Source: Kudoa neothunni | Lineage: Eukaryota; Animalia; Cnidaria | Length of the DNA stretch: 64,000 bases | NCBI GenBank assembly: GCA_964304625.1 | Contig: OZ199838.1 | Span: forward strand, 5,047,287-5,111,286 | Direction of reading: 5' to 3' | Part shown: one piece after another, positions 50,725 to 62,955 of the stretch | Layout of the letters: each line of letters starts with the position of its first letter | Position numbering within the stretch: position 1 is the first letter of the stretch | The notes under the pieces: model-generated | Database searches by the model: none | What the model saw: the letters and a program-made list of their open reading frames with translations, nothing else | What the model was told of the DNA's origin: nothing | Program-made: the position numbers and the translations under genes

Positions 50725-52718
50725 CCGTCGAGATTGGATATTGCGTGATTCGGTATTGCGTAATTTAAGATTTTCGATATGAAGATATTTACATTGGGAT
50801 TTAATTTTAGATTTATATCATTACTTTATTTCTTAAATTAATAATATAGAATAAAAATAAAAAAATATTTTTTCTATGTGCCTCTGATTTAGTATTGCGT
50901 AAAACCTTTTTATTGCGTAACGTAAATTACCAACGTGACTCGATATTGCGTGATTTCATCTTCAGTATGTCCAGGGAGCAGCGTGAAATTTCTGAGAAAA
51001 TTAGAATAATACAATTCAATAAAATCAATAAAGGGCGCAAAGAAAATGACGGTTGAAAAGTTTAAACTTGGTGGTATGATTATTTTTAATCGATAACAAT
51101 TTATTTCTTAAAGGACATTCAACGCTTGACCGAATTCTTTCTCATGAAACCAAGCTGAAAAATTCAGATATTGCAGGAAATAGGAAGAGGCATTCAAATG
51201 GAAGATTTATCAACATAAACGAAGAAGTTTATAAAAAACCCACCAATGGTCACATTATTTCTGATGACGTAATACTTGAAATGGCCACCATAATTTTCAG
51301 AAAGAATGTAGTTTAAAATTTTAAAGCAAGCAGGGGTTGGCTAGCGGGGTTTAAAAAAAGGTTTGGAATCATTTTCAAGCATTTTCATGGTGAAGCTGCG
51401 AGCGCTAACGTCGCGTCTATTGATTCGTGGATCTATGAAAATAAAAATTTGATAAGCATATATAGCCCAAAAAATATAATCAATATTGACGAAACTGGTT
51501 TGTTTTATGAGCAATTACAGAACAGTAGTTATTTATTAAAAGAAGAAAATGACATTAAAGGTAAAAAGCTATCGAAAAAAAGAATAACGATTTTGGTATC
51601 GTGCTCTTTAAGCGGAGAAAAGGAGCCCTTAGTCGTAATTGGGAAATACCAAAACCCCAGGTGCTTCAAGCGGGTAAAAAATTTACCTTGTGAGTATTAT
51701 GCCCCAAAAAATTCTTGGGTGACCTCTGCTATTTTTTTCCAGATAATGAAAAAATTAAATTTTAAAATGGAGTCAGAACAACGAAAAATACTAATCTTGC
51801 TGGACCAATGTCCAGTACATCCCAAAGATATCACTTGCTTTAGTGAAGTTTCTCTTCTTACCTAAAAATACTACGTGTTTTACATCCACTCGATCTCGGA
51901 GTGATTAATTGTCTCAAAAGTAGATATAAAAAAATATTGTGTAGCCATATGGCATTATGCGATGATTCGTTAAATAATAAATTTACATTACTTAATGCAA
52001 TTTTGACACTCTAAGAAGCATGGAATAGTATTCCACCTGAAATTATTGTCAACTGTTTTAAAAAGTCGGGCATATTTAGCGAAAGTAAAAGCTAATGGGA
52101 ACTTCAAAAATTAATCCATTATCATAGGAGATACAGAGACGGAAACAAATGATAAAATTTTCAAAGATGAACACAGTATAAATATACAATAAAATTTTGA
52201 TATTTTTATAGTCGAGGAGGAAACATGGGACACCAACTTTGATGATGATAACTTACCTACTTGTGAAGAATATAACGGCGATGTCTTAATATCAACAGTG
52301 AATCCAATTAAGAATGAAATCGAATCTGATGAGGAAGAACCAAAAGTTCCAATAAAAGATATAAAGCATGCCGTAAGTACATTAAGGAAGGTGTTTATTC
52401 AAGAAGATCCATCTGGACTCACCGATCTTCATCCAATAATGGATCGAATTTTAAAAATATCATCTGAAAGATGGCACCAAACTAAAATTACTTCATTTTT
52501 TCATAAAAATTAATAATTTTATCTGGTTGAGTTAAATAAAATTCCTTATATTTATTATATTTCACTAGCGATGATTTGAAGTAGGATAAACGCACAAAAC
52601 AAGTTTAAATCGAATATTTTTACAAGCGCGCATATGCGTGACTAGATATTGCGTAAAACCTTTTTATTGCGTAATTTTTCCTTGGTCCCAAAAATTACGC
52701 AATATCGAATCTCGACTG
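50725..52718 (+). mobile_element. Tigger/pogo (Tc1/mariner superfamily) DNA transposon with disrupted transposase
   Basis: TA|CCGTCGAGATTGGATATTGCGTGATT ... AATTACGCAATATCGAATCTCGACTG|TA TIRs and repeated TATTGCGTAA subterminal motifs. Transposase has CENP-B HTH (FKASRGWLAGFKKRFGI) and DDE_1 motifs (NIDETGLFY, KKRITILV, ILLDQCPVH, HPLDLGVI), with frameshifts and stops. Confidence 0.93.
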
Positions 52719-53426
52719 TAATATTTTAAATATTCTTCCAAACATTTTAATTTTATGTTACTATCGTTAAATTACGATATTCACAGTTTATTAAACTTTG
52801 GATAAAAACTAACAAAATTACGCTTTGAAATAAAAATTGACACCCTACGAATTTGGGGTCTTTTGGACCCCAGAATTTTATTATACGATAATTAATAAAA
52901 AAAATATTTCAAAATGCCAAACAAATTTTAAGTAATTTCTACTGACTGAATTTTGAGAAAAAGAAAATTCATCGGGCCAATTGATCCTCCCCAAGTCAAT
53001 TCGGCAAGCTAATATAAGTATCGTACAAGCTCGCTGGATGATAAATCAAGCGTGCTAGTTGTTGCATGTCTAGAATGCAAATTCTTAGGTTTTTAATAAA
53101 CTTGAAATGTTTGAAATTAAATAGTTTGATATTTATTGTTTCTAAAAACTACAACTAATTAACAATCGTAGGATCAGAATGTGATTAAATCCCCCGATTA
53201 ATTTTGTTCAAAGAAATCGGAATTATGGAATAAAACTTTAAAAAAGTATTGTGTAGATTTTTTCCTCATCAAAATGACAAAAAATAAACACTCGGTGCAT
53301 TAGTTTTGAGGATACTTCGGTCGATTTCATTATTCGCGTAAGTATAATTAATGTTCAAAACAAAAATCTATTGACTTTGATATTCAACTTTTTTTGCTTT
53401 GTTGATGTTTATTTCTTCCTCTATAG

Positions 53427-54638
53427 CAATGGTTCTTAACCTTTTTTCCCTCGGACTCCTAATTTGTTTAAGGACTTATCACGGATCCCATCTTGTTTAA
53501 TGCATAATGCAATCATACATATAAATATTTTACCCTTTCGTTCCTATTGTTCACTTCAGCGAACAGATTAAAAAATATTTGACGTTATTGTTAAATTATT
53601 TATTTAAAAAGAAATAAATTTCAAATTGTATATAATTTTAATATTAGTTTAATTTAAAAAATTCTTGATGAAAAAGAAAAATTTGGGAACGAAAATAAAA
53701 ACATGAATTATTTATCCATTATCCTCGATTTTTTTTAATATTTTTTATGTAACTTAATTATATAGTGTTTATTTTAAAATATGTATTAACAATTTTAAAT
53801 CACTAATACGTCAATTTTTTCTTGTAATAAAACAAAAAAGATAAAAACTATGAAATCTCTCCCTGTGATTTTTTTAGAAATTATTAAAATTCCAACCAAA
53901 TATAGACAATGATGCATAATATTTTAAAATACAAAATTTAATGAAATTTGTTAAATTATTATCTATACATGGGTAAATGTTTAAAAATAAAATCCATAAA
54001 AAAGTTTCTGAATGAAAAATGTTCTTGTAATAATCGAATTATTTTTTACATACGAAATCTTTATTTTTGTTAATTATTGCGTTTACTACAATAAAGAGTT
54101 AATAGGCGTGGAATTTTTATAAAATAGAATGCGAGATTACTGCAAAAACCCTACTTTTTTATAAATAATAGACATAAAAATATTTAATGAGATTCTTGTG
54201 GTTTCTTTCTATCAATAAGTTCACAGAATTATGACGAGTATTTAAAAGAGAAACACGCATATTAACGATTTTGTGACCTTTTTATGGGAACCAACATGGA
54301 AATCTAGTTTCGCAATAATAGCTTTTTGTAAAAGGAGTAATCAATCCAATAGAATACTCTGCAACATCAAGAAGTATATTTTGGAAATTTTTAGTTTTAA
54401 TCAAACAACGTACTGAATAGTTTTTTCTTTATAGATTTTTTACAAAATAAATTATAACACAAGGAAATTTTGTAATAAATAGAAAATGCTTATAAGAAAC
54501 AATGACGCAAGGGTATATTTCAAATTTATAATAATTACGCTAATGTTTAAAAATACCTGATTACAATGAATGTATGACGATAAAATTGGATTCAGATTTG
54601 ATTTAAATCACTCACGGACCCCAGGTTAAGAACCGCTG
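53427..54638. mobile_element. hAT-type non-autonomous element
   Basis: 8-bp TSD CTCTATAG / CTCTGTAG and TIRs CAATGGTTCTTAACC ... GGTTAAGAACCGCTG. Confidence 0.9.
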
Positions 54639-54671
54639 CTCTGTAGGATGAAAAATAGTTGATTTATTTAA

Positions 54672-55676
54672 CCCTCTAATGATCCCAACAACGATGAGAT
54701 GAACGTGTAATGGACTTTGGGTGAAATTTTATTCCATATTTTTTTGAATTATAACACTTTAAAAAATCTAATAATCAATATTATAGAATAATTCTTAATT
54801 CCTATGAATGAAACGCTCGAAAAGTTATGTTAAATTTTGACGCAATCCACGCGATAATCGGCTTCGTTTACGATCCGTCTTATCTTATATCGGTACACAT
54901 CTATGTTTCATTGAAAAAGTGATTGCGTTAATGCAGCGGAATTAAACGTGTTGCGCCAGTTGAAATATTAAAATAAAATATACAAAGAATTCTTAACAAT
55001 TATGCGATGTTAAAACAGTTTTTAAATGCGTGAATTGGACAATGAAACTTTTGACAATTTTGCACCATTTAGGAGATTTTTTATCATTTTTCCTCTCACT
55101 GTATCCACACGTTGCTCGCTTTACATTAAAAAGAGGTTCCAGTTTGGACGCATAAACAATGCTGAGACCTGTTTTTATTGCTTTGTTTGTGGAATTTGGT
55201 GTCAACAAGGTTTTGTTTAATTGTTCAACGATTTTTTTAAGAAAATCATGCATTTTGATTTATTGGGAACATAAGATACCAACATATACTTTTCACAGAA
55301 TACAAAAATGCTGCCAGAGGGGACTCTATTTGGTGATGATTGGAGGTATGGTGGTATCTCTAGTTTTTAACGTAATGTCTCTATAGTCAATTTTTTCCAA
55401 CAATTTTTCAGCAAGAAGCATCGGTAAGAAGACATTTTCGTCAACAACATGATGATCATTACCTGATAAACAAAATTCATCAATGTAATCATTAGAATCA
55501 CACATCTTCATATAATTCGCGCATATGATTAAATTAATTTATCTAACATTTCCTTACTTTCTACAAAAACTACTCGTTGGAATTTTATTTAAGTTAGAAG
55601 TGGTTTACATTTTTGAAATATTTTTAATCAAACAAAACTTGGGGTAAATTTTACCCCAACGACCATTACAAGATAA
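54672..55676 (-). mobile_element. internally deleted piggyBac, related to 19002-20369
   Basis: TTAA|CCCTCTAATG end, palindrome GGGGTAAATTTTACCCC at 55641, and a minus-strand C-terminal Cys-rich-domain remnant KRATCGYSERKNDKKSPKWC. The far end is either at about 55676 or at the matching CATTAGAGGG near 56987. Confidence 0.75.
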
Positions 55677-55678
55677 AA

Positions 55679-56855
55679 TCTACTATCTATCTACCATATA
55701 TATAAAGCTGAAGTGTCCGTGTGTGTGTGTGTCAACAAGTATGCATGTGCGTCAAAAATTTTTCCTTATAGAGAGATATTTATGAAATTTTTTAAAGATC
55801 GCAATGTTTCAAAAAATCTTTAAATAATTTTCACACTACCAAATGTTCCCTTAAATGTTTAGAAAATGGTGATTTTATCGATTCAAAGTTTGTTTATCAG
55901 ATTACTTGAGTTTAACAATACGATTAACACCTGCTTATGACCTGCTGGTGGTCGGTTGAAGTTAATTTTCCCCTTTATATGCTCTATCAAATGACGATTA
56001 GCTGCTGCTATCTGACTTTTTATATAAACTTAGTGTATAAATTTAGGTGTTCGTGCAGATACACTCCTTATTTGTGGAGTTTAAACGTATATGACTTGAT
56101 AAGTATATTTTAAAGTTCGATTAATGGTTTTCGATGTGATAAAAAATCTATATTTGTTTCATTAATAGCGAATTAGTTGTGTATGCGATCATCGGATAGA
56201 TTAAAGCCTTAGAATAAACGCACTGTGTCTGTAGATTTATTTGAAATCGTCCGCTAAGTTGAACTTTCAGTGATTAAATTCTATGTAGATGATTGTACTT
56301 TTACTCCATCCGATTATTTAAATTGTTTATGTTGAAGTTTACGCGATTTTTAGCTGTTTGCTTGGGAAAAGTGTATTAACGTTTATGTTGGGCAACGCGA
56401 TGCTAATTTTAACAATATCAATTTATTTTCGTACGGTTTCTTTTATCTCTATTATTTTTTCTATTTTTTTATCTCTTAAAAAGTTAGTGATGCACACAGA
56501 TACTGAGCCGGGCCAGAATTCGACTTTTAAAAATCCTCCGGGCTAAGATTAACGTTTAAGATAACATTTTAGCGGGATTTAAATGAGGAATTTATAAAAA
56601 TACGACATTGACAATAAATTATTTAGCATTGGTGCCGGGCCACGAAATTTTTAAATGAACCCCGGGATTGATACTTTCCTTCACAGAAAGAATCATAATT
56701 TAAATTTCGCTAATCCAAATCGTTGAAAGTGTTACTTAAAATTTTAGTTATTTTGCATCTATAGGTTAATTTGAAACTTCAGTATATTTTTGAATGTTAT
56801 TAAGAAATGTCTCTATGCGAAATCTCCCCAGGTGACGCTGGGCAATTTCCGCTAA
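55679..56855 (+). mobile_element. non-autonomous Helitron
   Basis: 5' TCTACTATCTATCTACCATATATATAAAG followed by a (GT)n tract. 3' hairpin CCCAG-GTGACG-CTGGG about 10 nt before CTAA (CTRR). Inserted between A and T with no TSD. Confidence 0.75.
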
Positions 56856-58674
56856 TAAAAATTAAACTTGTACAATAATTTGTCGAAAAAAATTTTTTCG
56901 TCCAACCAAAGACAAAATTTTATTAGAAGAATAACTGGAATATATTAAGTATTAGTTTACTTTTTAAAAAGATATACCATTAGAGGGTTGAACGAAAATT
57001 TACGGAACGTTATAAGGCCCACCGAATAGTATTTTGAAGGATTAATTGGCCAACGAATCACCTTTTTCTCATTCTGTCGGTGGAGATTTCTTAGAATTCG
57101 GTTGAAATTTCGAAACATTTGTTATTAACTTTCGTAAAATAACAAATGGGGTCCGATAGACCACAAGTTAATAGGAGTGTAGTCGGTTTTGTGTACTTTA
57201 AGATCAATAGCAATTAAAGCGTTTTAAATAGATTTTGCAATTAACACGCTAAAATATATATGGACAATAAAAGTAGGAGCATTATTTATTTTTCCTCATA
57301 TTGTTGAAATTTAAAATATTTAATTTTGAGCTTATGACTAGCAAACTTTTCATTATATTTTCGATATGACTATTTAACTTATAAGTTTTGTCTTCATCAA
57401 ATAATTTAAAAATTTTTATTAATATTCCAAGTTTTATATGTTTTTAAATAATCTTTATCCATATTATAATTAGACTAATATTATAAGTTCATCTTTAGAG
57501 CAACTTAATAGAAATAACTTTTTATGTAACTCATTATTCGTTAAATCTTGTCATGACATCGTCTTTATATTGTATAGTGCAGTTACCTTAATTTTAAGTA
57601 TAGAATCAATATATCAATAAATTATGGAGCTATAGTAATATATTTAACCTAAATATTTTTTCTTTAAAATCCTAAATGATTTTGTTTAGAACATATTAAT
57701 ATACAAAATTACCATCTATTTTGAAAATGAGCATCTCTATGTTAAATTCATTTGAGAAGTGAGTAGAGAATCTTTCAAAATTTTCATTTTACTTGTTAAA
57801 ATGAATTAACGCGAGTTAAAACTTAGATGTAAAAAATATTTCCCTTTACACTGAAAAAATAAGTAACAATTAAAATCACTCTTTATTTATAAAAAAAATT
57901 TTAATATTAAGTTATGAATTTCTTATCTCATTGGTCCTTTTGAATCAAACTTTAATAAAGATATATCAGTTAAAACATCCATATTCTAGAACTAGTATTT
58001 CCAATAACATGTTTAAGTTATGCTGATAGATAACCTGATTAACTTTATTACAATGACCTTTGTGATTGATCATTTATTTTCCACTTAATTTTGTTCAACA
58101 AAAATTTATACTGAATAGAAAAGATGATCCGAAACAAGCCATTTAATATAAGCATGTAAAATCAAAATTAATCTTCCCATAATTATTTATTGGTTAAAGT
58201 ACAACAAGTAAATTTACATTTTTCCGGTTAAGTATTGGTTGGCTTTTCAATGTTTATTTAAATTATATGCTTAATATTCAAAAATATAATGATTTAATCG
58301 AAAAATCTGATACATAGTAACTGAAAATTTTCTCATAAAACATAATGTTATAGATTATTACTAAGTAGTAATTTAACGGATGCTTCCCCGTCTCGCTAGA
58401 GCTTCACCTTTATTATACTATTGGATCCTATTAGAAACTTTGAGTCTACTAAACACAACATTTAACTTCAGGATTTAATTTAGAATTAATTGAACGATCA
58501 ATTGGAGTTTGTAATAAAAAGAGAGGAAAAATAACAAATATTAAATTGAGGGTCCACCGGGACCTTGGGCTACCTTTGGAGAATTAATAAGCCATTATCC
58601 GGGTTAAGACAAAAATTAAAATTAATAATCCGAGCATTAAATCAAGGTGACAATAGTGAATCTACTACAGGCTA

Positions 58675-61600
58675 ATGATCGATCAAGGTAAGTATATTCC
58701 TACCAATACAAAGGTTGTCCATGTTGGTACGTTTTGGCTTGGAGGTGTATATGTGGTAGGTTCGGAGTCACATAAGTTTAATCCACACAAAATTTAAGTA
58801 ATGTGAAATTCTTAATGCCTCCATTTTTTTCAATTTTGCACTAAAATAACTATTTGTCTATTTAACAAAGATCCAATAAAGGCCACTCAAAGCTGTTCTC
58901 TAAATGTTTTCTACCAATTCATGCTTTTTGTTACATGACATACTTTATTTATTTGATTATTAAATTGAGTGATTAATTAAACTCCTATGTCTAACTTTCT
59001 TTCTATTCTTTGAAACCATTTCATTTTATGTTTTATTTTAAGATCGTTTTACATCCGTTATGTTAGGTTACATGAAATAACATGGCAACCCCAATCAATG
59101 CTCACTTCTAATAATATAGTTAACCTTTACACTTATGATTCATCTTTAGGAGCAATAAACTATCCTCCGAAAAAACACTCTAAGATTCCAAAATATTAAC
59201 CTTGTATGTGAAGATCTAGTTATTCTGAGTGATATCCACGGAGAAATTTCCTCACAGAGTATGGTAGCTCTCATGGGTCCTAGTGGTAGAATTATTATAT
59301 AAACTCCTAATGTTATTTGTCCCTATGTTTGAATAATTTTTATAGGTAGTGGAAAATCATCACTTTTGAATGTGTTGAGTTATCGACGTGAATTGCTTGG
59401 AAATGCTGTCTCTAGTGGATACATCAGTTTGAACGATGTAATGCTAACTAAAAAGGATCGATACCGCATAGGTTATGTGATGCAAGAGGATATATTTTTT
59501 CCCCACATTGACTCTATACGAAACTCTCACAGTATCAGTTTGTATAATGCTTAAACAAATTAAAATGTTGACTTAAGTTCTACGTAAATTTACGAAATTT
59601 CTAAGAAGTATACTCACGATGAAAAGGAAATTATAGTATTTAAATGTCTAATTTTAATTAATTTTGATTATTTTTCTGCCAAGATAGCAAAAACTTGCTC
59701 AAAGTATGCATCTTGAAAACTGTATGAATACAAGTACATTTTAAAATGTTTATACTGGATATAATACTAAAAAATATTGTTGCTTAAAGTAATGGGAGGT
59801 GGTATCATACGAGGATTGTCAGGAGGTATAACAATCTTTGCTTTGTAAGAACATAGTTATTGGACAAAAATTAAGGTGAAAGAAAGCGTGCTAGTGTGGC
59901 GTGTGAACTTATTACCGACCCTGTTATTCTTATGTTGGATGTATTTTATTTTTTCAAGATTTTAAGAGGCAATACTAACTAGACACAAAAAAATAGGAAC
60001 CCACTTCTGGCTTAGATGCTTACATGGCAGCAACAGTTGTCAATATCTTGAAAGATTATTGTATAACAAGAAAAAAAAATTGTTATTGCATCGATTCATC
60101 AACCTAATAGTCAAACTTTTCATTGCTTTGACCATCTTGTATTATTAACGTGTGGAAAAGTAAGTTGCTTCATTACGTTTTACAACAACCGCCTGTTTTA
60201 ATGTTAAATTGAAGTTAGCATATGAAGGTTCTATACATAACGTGTCTACATTTTTTTGCCGATTGTGGCTTCCAATGTCCTCAACAATGGAACATTGCAG
60301 ACTATATGTGTAAATTAACTGTTATAATGTTTTATTAGATGAATGTTGTTGTGTTTATGATTTAGTAGAAGTGGTAGGCTCCAACAGTCAGTCCATTGAT
60401 AAGATTGTAACTAAATTTAAAAATTTGTAACTTTTTTAGGCAACCCGTCGATAAATGTTCACTTATCATGTTATATCACTTAGAAAAGAACAAAAACTTA
60501 GCAAATACAACAATCAAAATATTGAAAACAACAGCGATAAAGCGCCTTCATCTGTCGGTCTTACCGAAGGGGTGATAATCGAAGAAAAATCAAGGAAAAA
60601 ATGGCCTGCTGGAAGACAAATTCAGTTTAGATGGCTTTTACGACGAAATTTCCTTTTATCGATTGAAGATCAGTTGAGCTTGCTGAGCTTAAACAAAACC
60701 GTTGTGATTTCCTTAATTTTGGGAACTGTCTGGTTCAACTTGAAATGGGATGCTACCCACTTAAAAGATATACTTGGGCTTGTATTGCTTAATTAGAGTA
60801 GATTCGATGGGTTTTTAATGATGTTATAGTTATACTATTTGGTGGTGGAAAACTTTTCAAACCCATTTTTTACCAGTGTTTTTGTGTGTGAGAATTCTAC
60901 TTTCTGATTACACATTTTCTGTATTCTAATATTGAAATATGTTTTTTTATAGTTGACGCCGAAAAACCGGTAATTTCAAGGGAAAGAATATCCTCCATGT
61001 ATAGTCTTTTTCCTGTACTATGCGGCGAAAGTGTTGGGTGAATTACCAGTATTAATAATCCGCCCTATCCTACACACTATTATTGTATATCCTATGACTG
61101 GTTTACCTAAAGGACTGATAATTCTGCCATTTATTGCGTTACTATATGTGGCCAATATTGTTGGAATGGTAAATATGTCTCTGGTTTTATCATATTTGAC
61201 TTATAGTTGTATTTTGTAGAATTTCGGTTTGTTTATTAGTTCGATGGGGTTACGTCGAAAAGAAACCCTTACTGTTATGGTCATTTTTTTTGTTTTTTTC
61301 GATTTGTATGGCGGCTTTTTTGTTTCCAAATTTCCATCAGGATTGAAATGGGGTAAATATGTGTCGCCTTTGTTTTGTTTTTATGTCCTTCTTGTCCACA
61401 CATTATTCAGCCACAAAAACTTAGTGTAATTCCATTTACTTATTTGGAAGGCATTGAACGTAACTTGATGGTCCTTTGTATTTAGTTGTGATACAATGCA
61501 AGCTATGCAACAGTGTACAAATGTAGCTGAAAACGAGACATTAGATGTTAGCGTTATTCTGGATGCTATTCAAGCTGATATTAACTATTATTGGTTCATT

Positions 61601-61759
61601 TTAATTATATGTGTGACTACAGTTGTTATAAATACGTTGACTTTTGTAACTCTTCGAAAAACTATTACCAAACCAGCAACGGGGTTCTCATTGTGCGACG
61701 TCTGCAATCCAATCAACACAATTACTAAAGAATACAAAAAATCTCCTGTACTGGCATAA
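58675..61759 (+). CDS. ABCG (White-family) half-transporter, copy 2
   Basis: Paralog of copy 1 with the same intron positions and intact motifs (GPSG|SGKS, GYVMQED, GLSG|GE, LD|EPTSGLD, SIHQP). Several homopolymer indels. First exon (MIDQ at 58675) is tentative. Confidence 0.9.
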
Positions 61760-62342
61760 CAATAAATCTAGCAATTATATTTTCTAAATGGATAAAATTA
61801 TTTTCTATCTCACTGTGAATTTTTGCTGTTCGCTTCTTAAAGCTACTGGCTAGTAAATCTAAGAAGAGTGGAGCTATTGTGTTTGATCAAGTCTTCTGTC
61901 TAGTTTAAAAGAAAAACATAGTGAAAATAGTAATACAGTAAAAAATGGTTATTGTGCATTATTTGGGGGAATGGTAAGAACGTAGGAAATAAATTTTGTG
62001 TGCAATTTTTATTGTAAATGCGTGCGAACTTAAATAAAATTTAAATAGTATCTTTAAAATTAATTAACAATTATTTTTTGAAATAATCCTTTATAAACGT
62101 GTATTTTATAATTTTAGACAGCAATGTATCATTGGATAGAATTCATTCAATCCAGACGAATCTTTTAAGTGAAACACCCTCAATATTTCGGAGGGGGCAT
62201 TTTACAGCTTCTACGTATTTACATCATATTCGATACGCACATTTTTATTGAAGCTGGTGTTACATTAACTATTTACACTTTGAATGGATGTAAATTTTTT
62301 TAATATTTATCATTGGTGATCATAGATATATTTTAAATATTA

Positions 62343-62356
62343 AAAAATGGCGGAAG
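62343..62356 (+). promoter_or_regulatory. YY1/ETS-like composite motif upstream of ABCG copy 3
   Basis: AAAATGGCGGAAGT, a CpG-containing consensus match in very AT-rich DNA. Function untested. Confidence 0.3.
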
Positions 62357-62955
62357 TTATTGGTGTGGTAAATTTTAATCCTTAATGTCGTATACGCACG
62401 CGCAGTGGAAATTTGTAATCCTAGAAACTCTCATTCACGAGCCGTATCCAGATTAAATTTTTAAATTCTGCTATATTTAATTATTTCTGGCCCACCGCTT
62501 CTCTCTAAGGACCAGAAATATTCAAATATAGACAAAACTCGATACATTCGAACATTGTTTAGTATCAATAACCACTTATTAACATTAATAATCATTTTTT
62601 ATCATATACTAATAAGTCTTTTAAGCGCGCAAAATATGATTATCAATTATTAAGCACATGTAAGTGAATGGAATAATTATTATTTAGTGAGCAATATTCT
62701 TTCTAAGCAATTTCTATTAATATCATCCCTATGCCGTCATTACAGTTTTTATAGTTAATCTAATCCGAAATTTTTTTCATAAATATAAGAACAACGGAGA
62801 AAATTTGCATACCTTTTAATAAGATTTAGATTATAGGACAGTGATATTAAGATAATGATTTTCATACGAAAGCCCCCTCGCCTACAGAAGTAACCCGCAT
62901 ATAAATCTAATTCAAGACGATAAAAAGTTGGTCGACCCAAAAGTCACGATTAAAA

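Larger units (their letters stand above)
50670..57203. mobile_element. old piggyBac-like host element carrying nested insertions
   Basis: Left end CACTCTAACGAACAT-GGGGTCCGTTGGACCCC, internal copy at 52855, and a right-end-type block GGGGTCCGATAGACCAC...GGAGTGTAGTCGGTTTTGTGTAC at about 57148-57203 resembling the 47043-47102 end. Pairing of the two ends is inferred. Confidence 0.45.

Noticed and set aside
18497-57165. Recurrent GGGG-N9-CCCC palindromes as CRISPR repeats or terminators
   Set aside because: They are dispersed rather than regularly spaced, sit near TTAA-flanked ends, and the context is eukaryotic. They are piggyBac subterminal repeats.
58360-58607. Additional Helitron-like hairpin (about 58377) and piggyBac-like end (about 58548-58607)
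   Set aside because: Only single degenerate ends with no partner terminus, so not enough to define elements.
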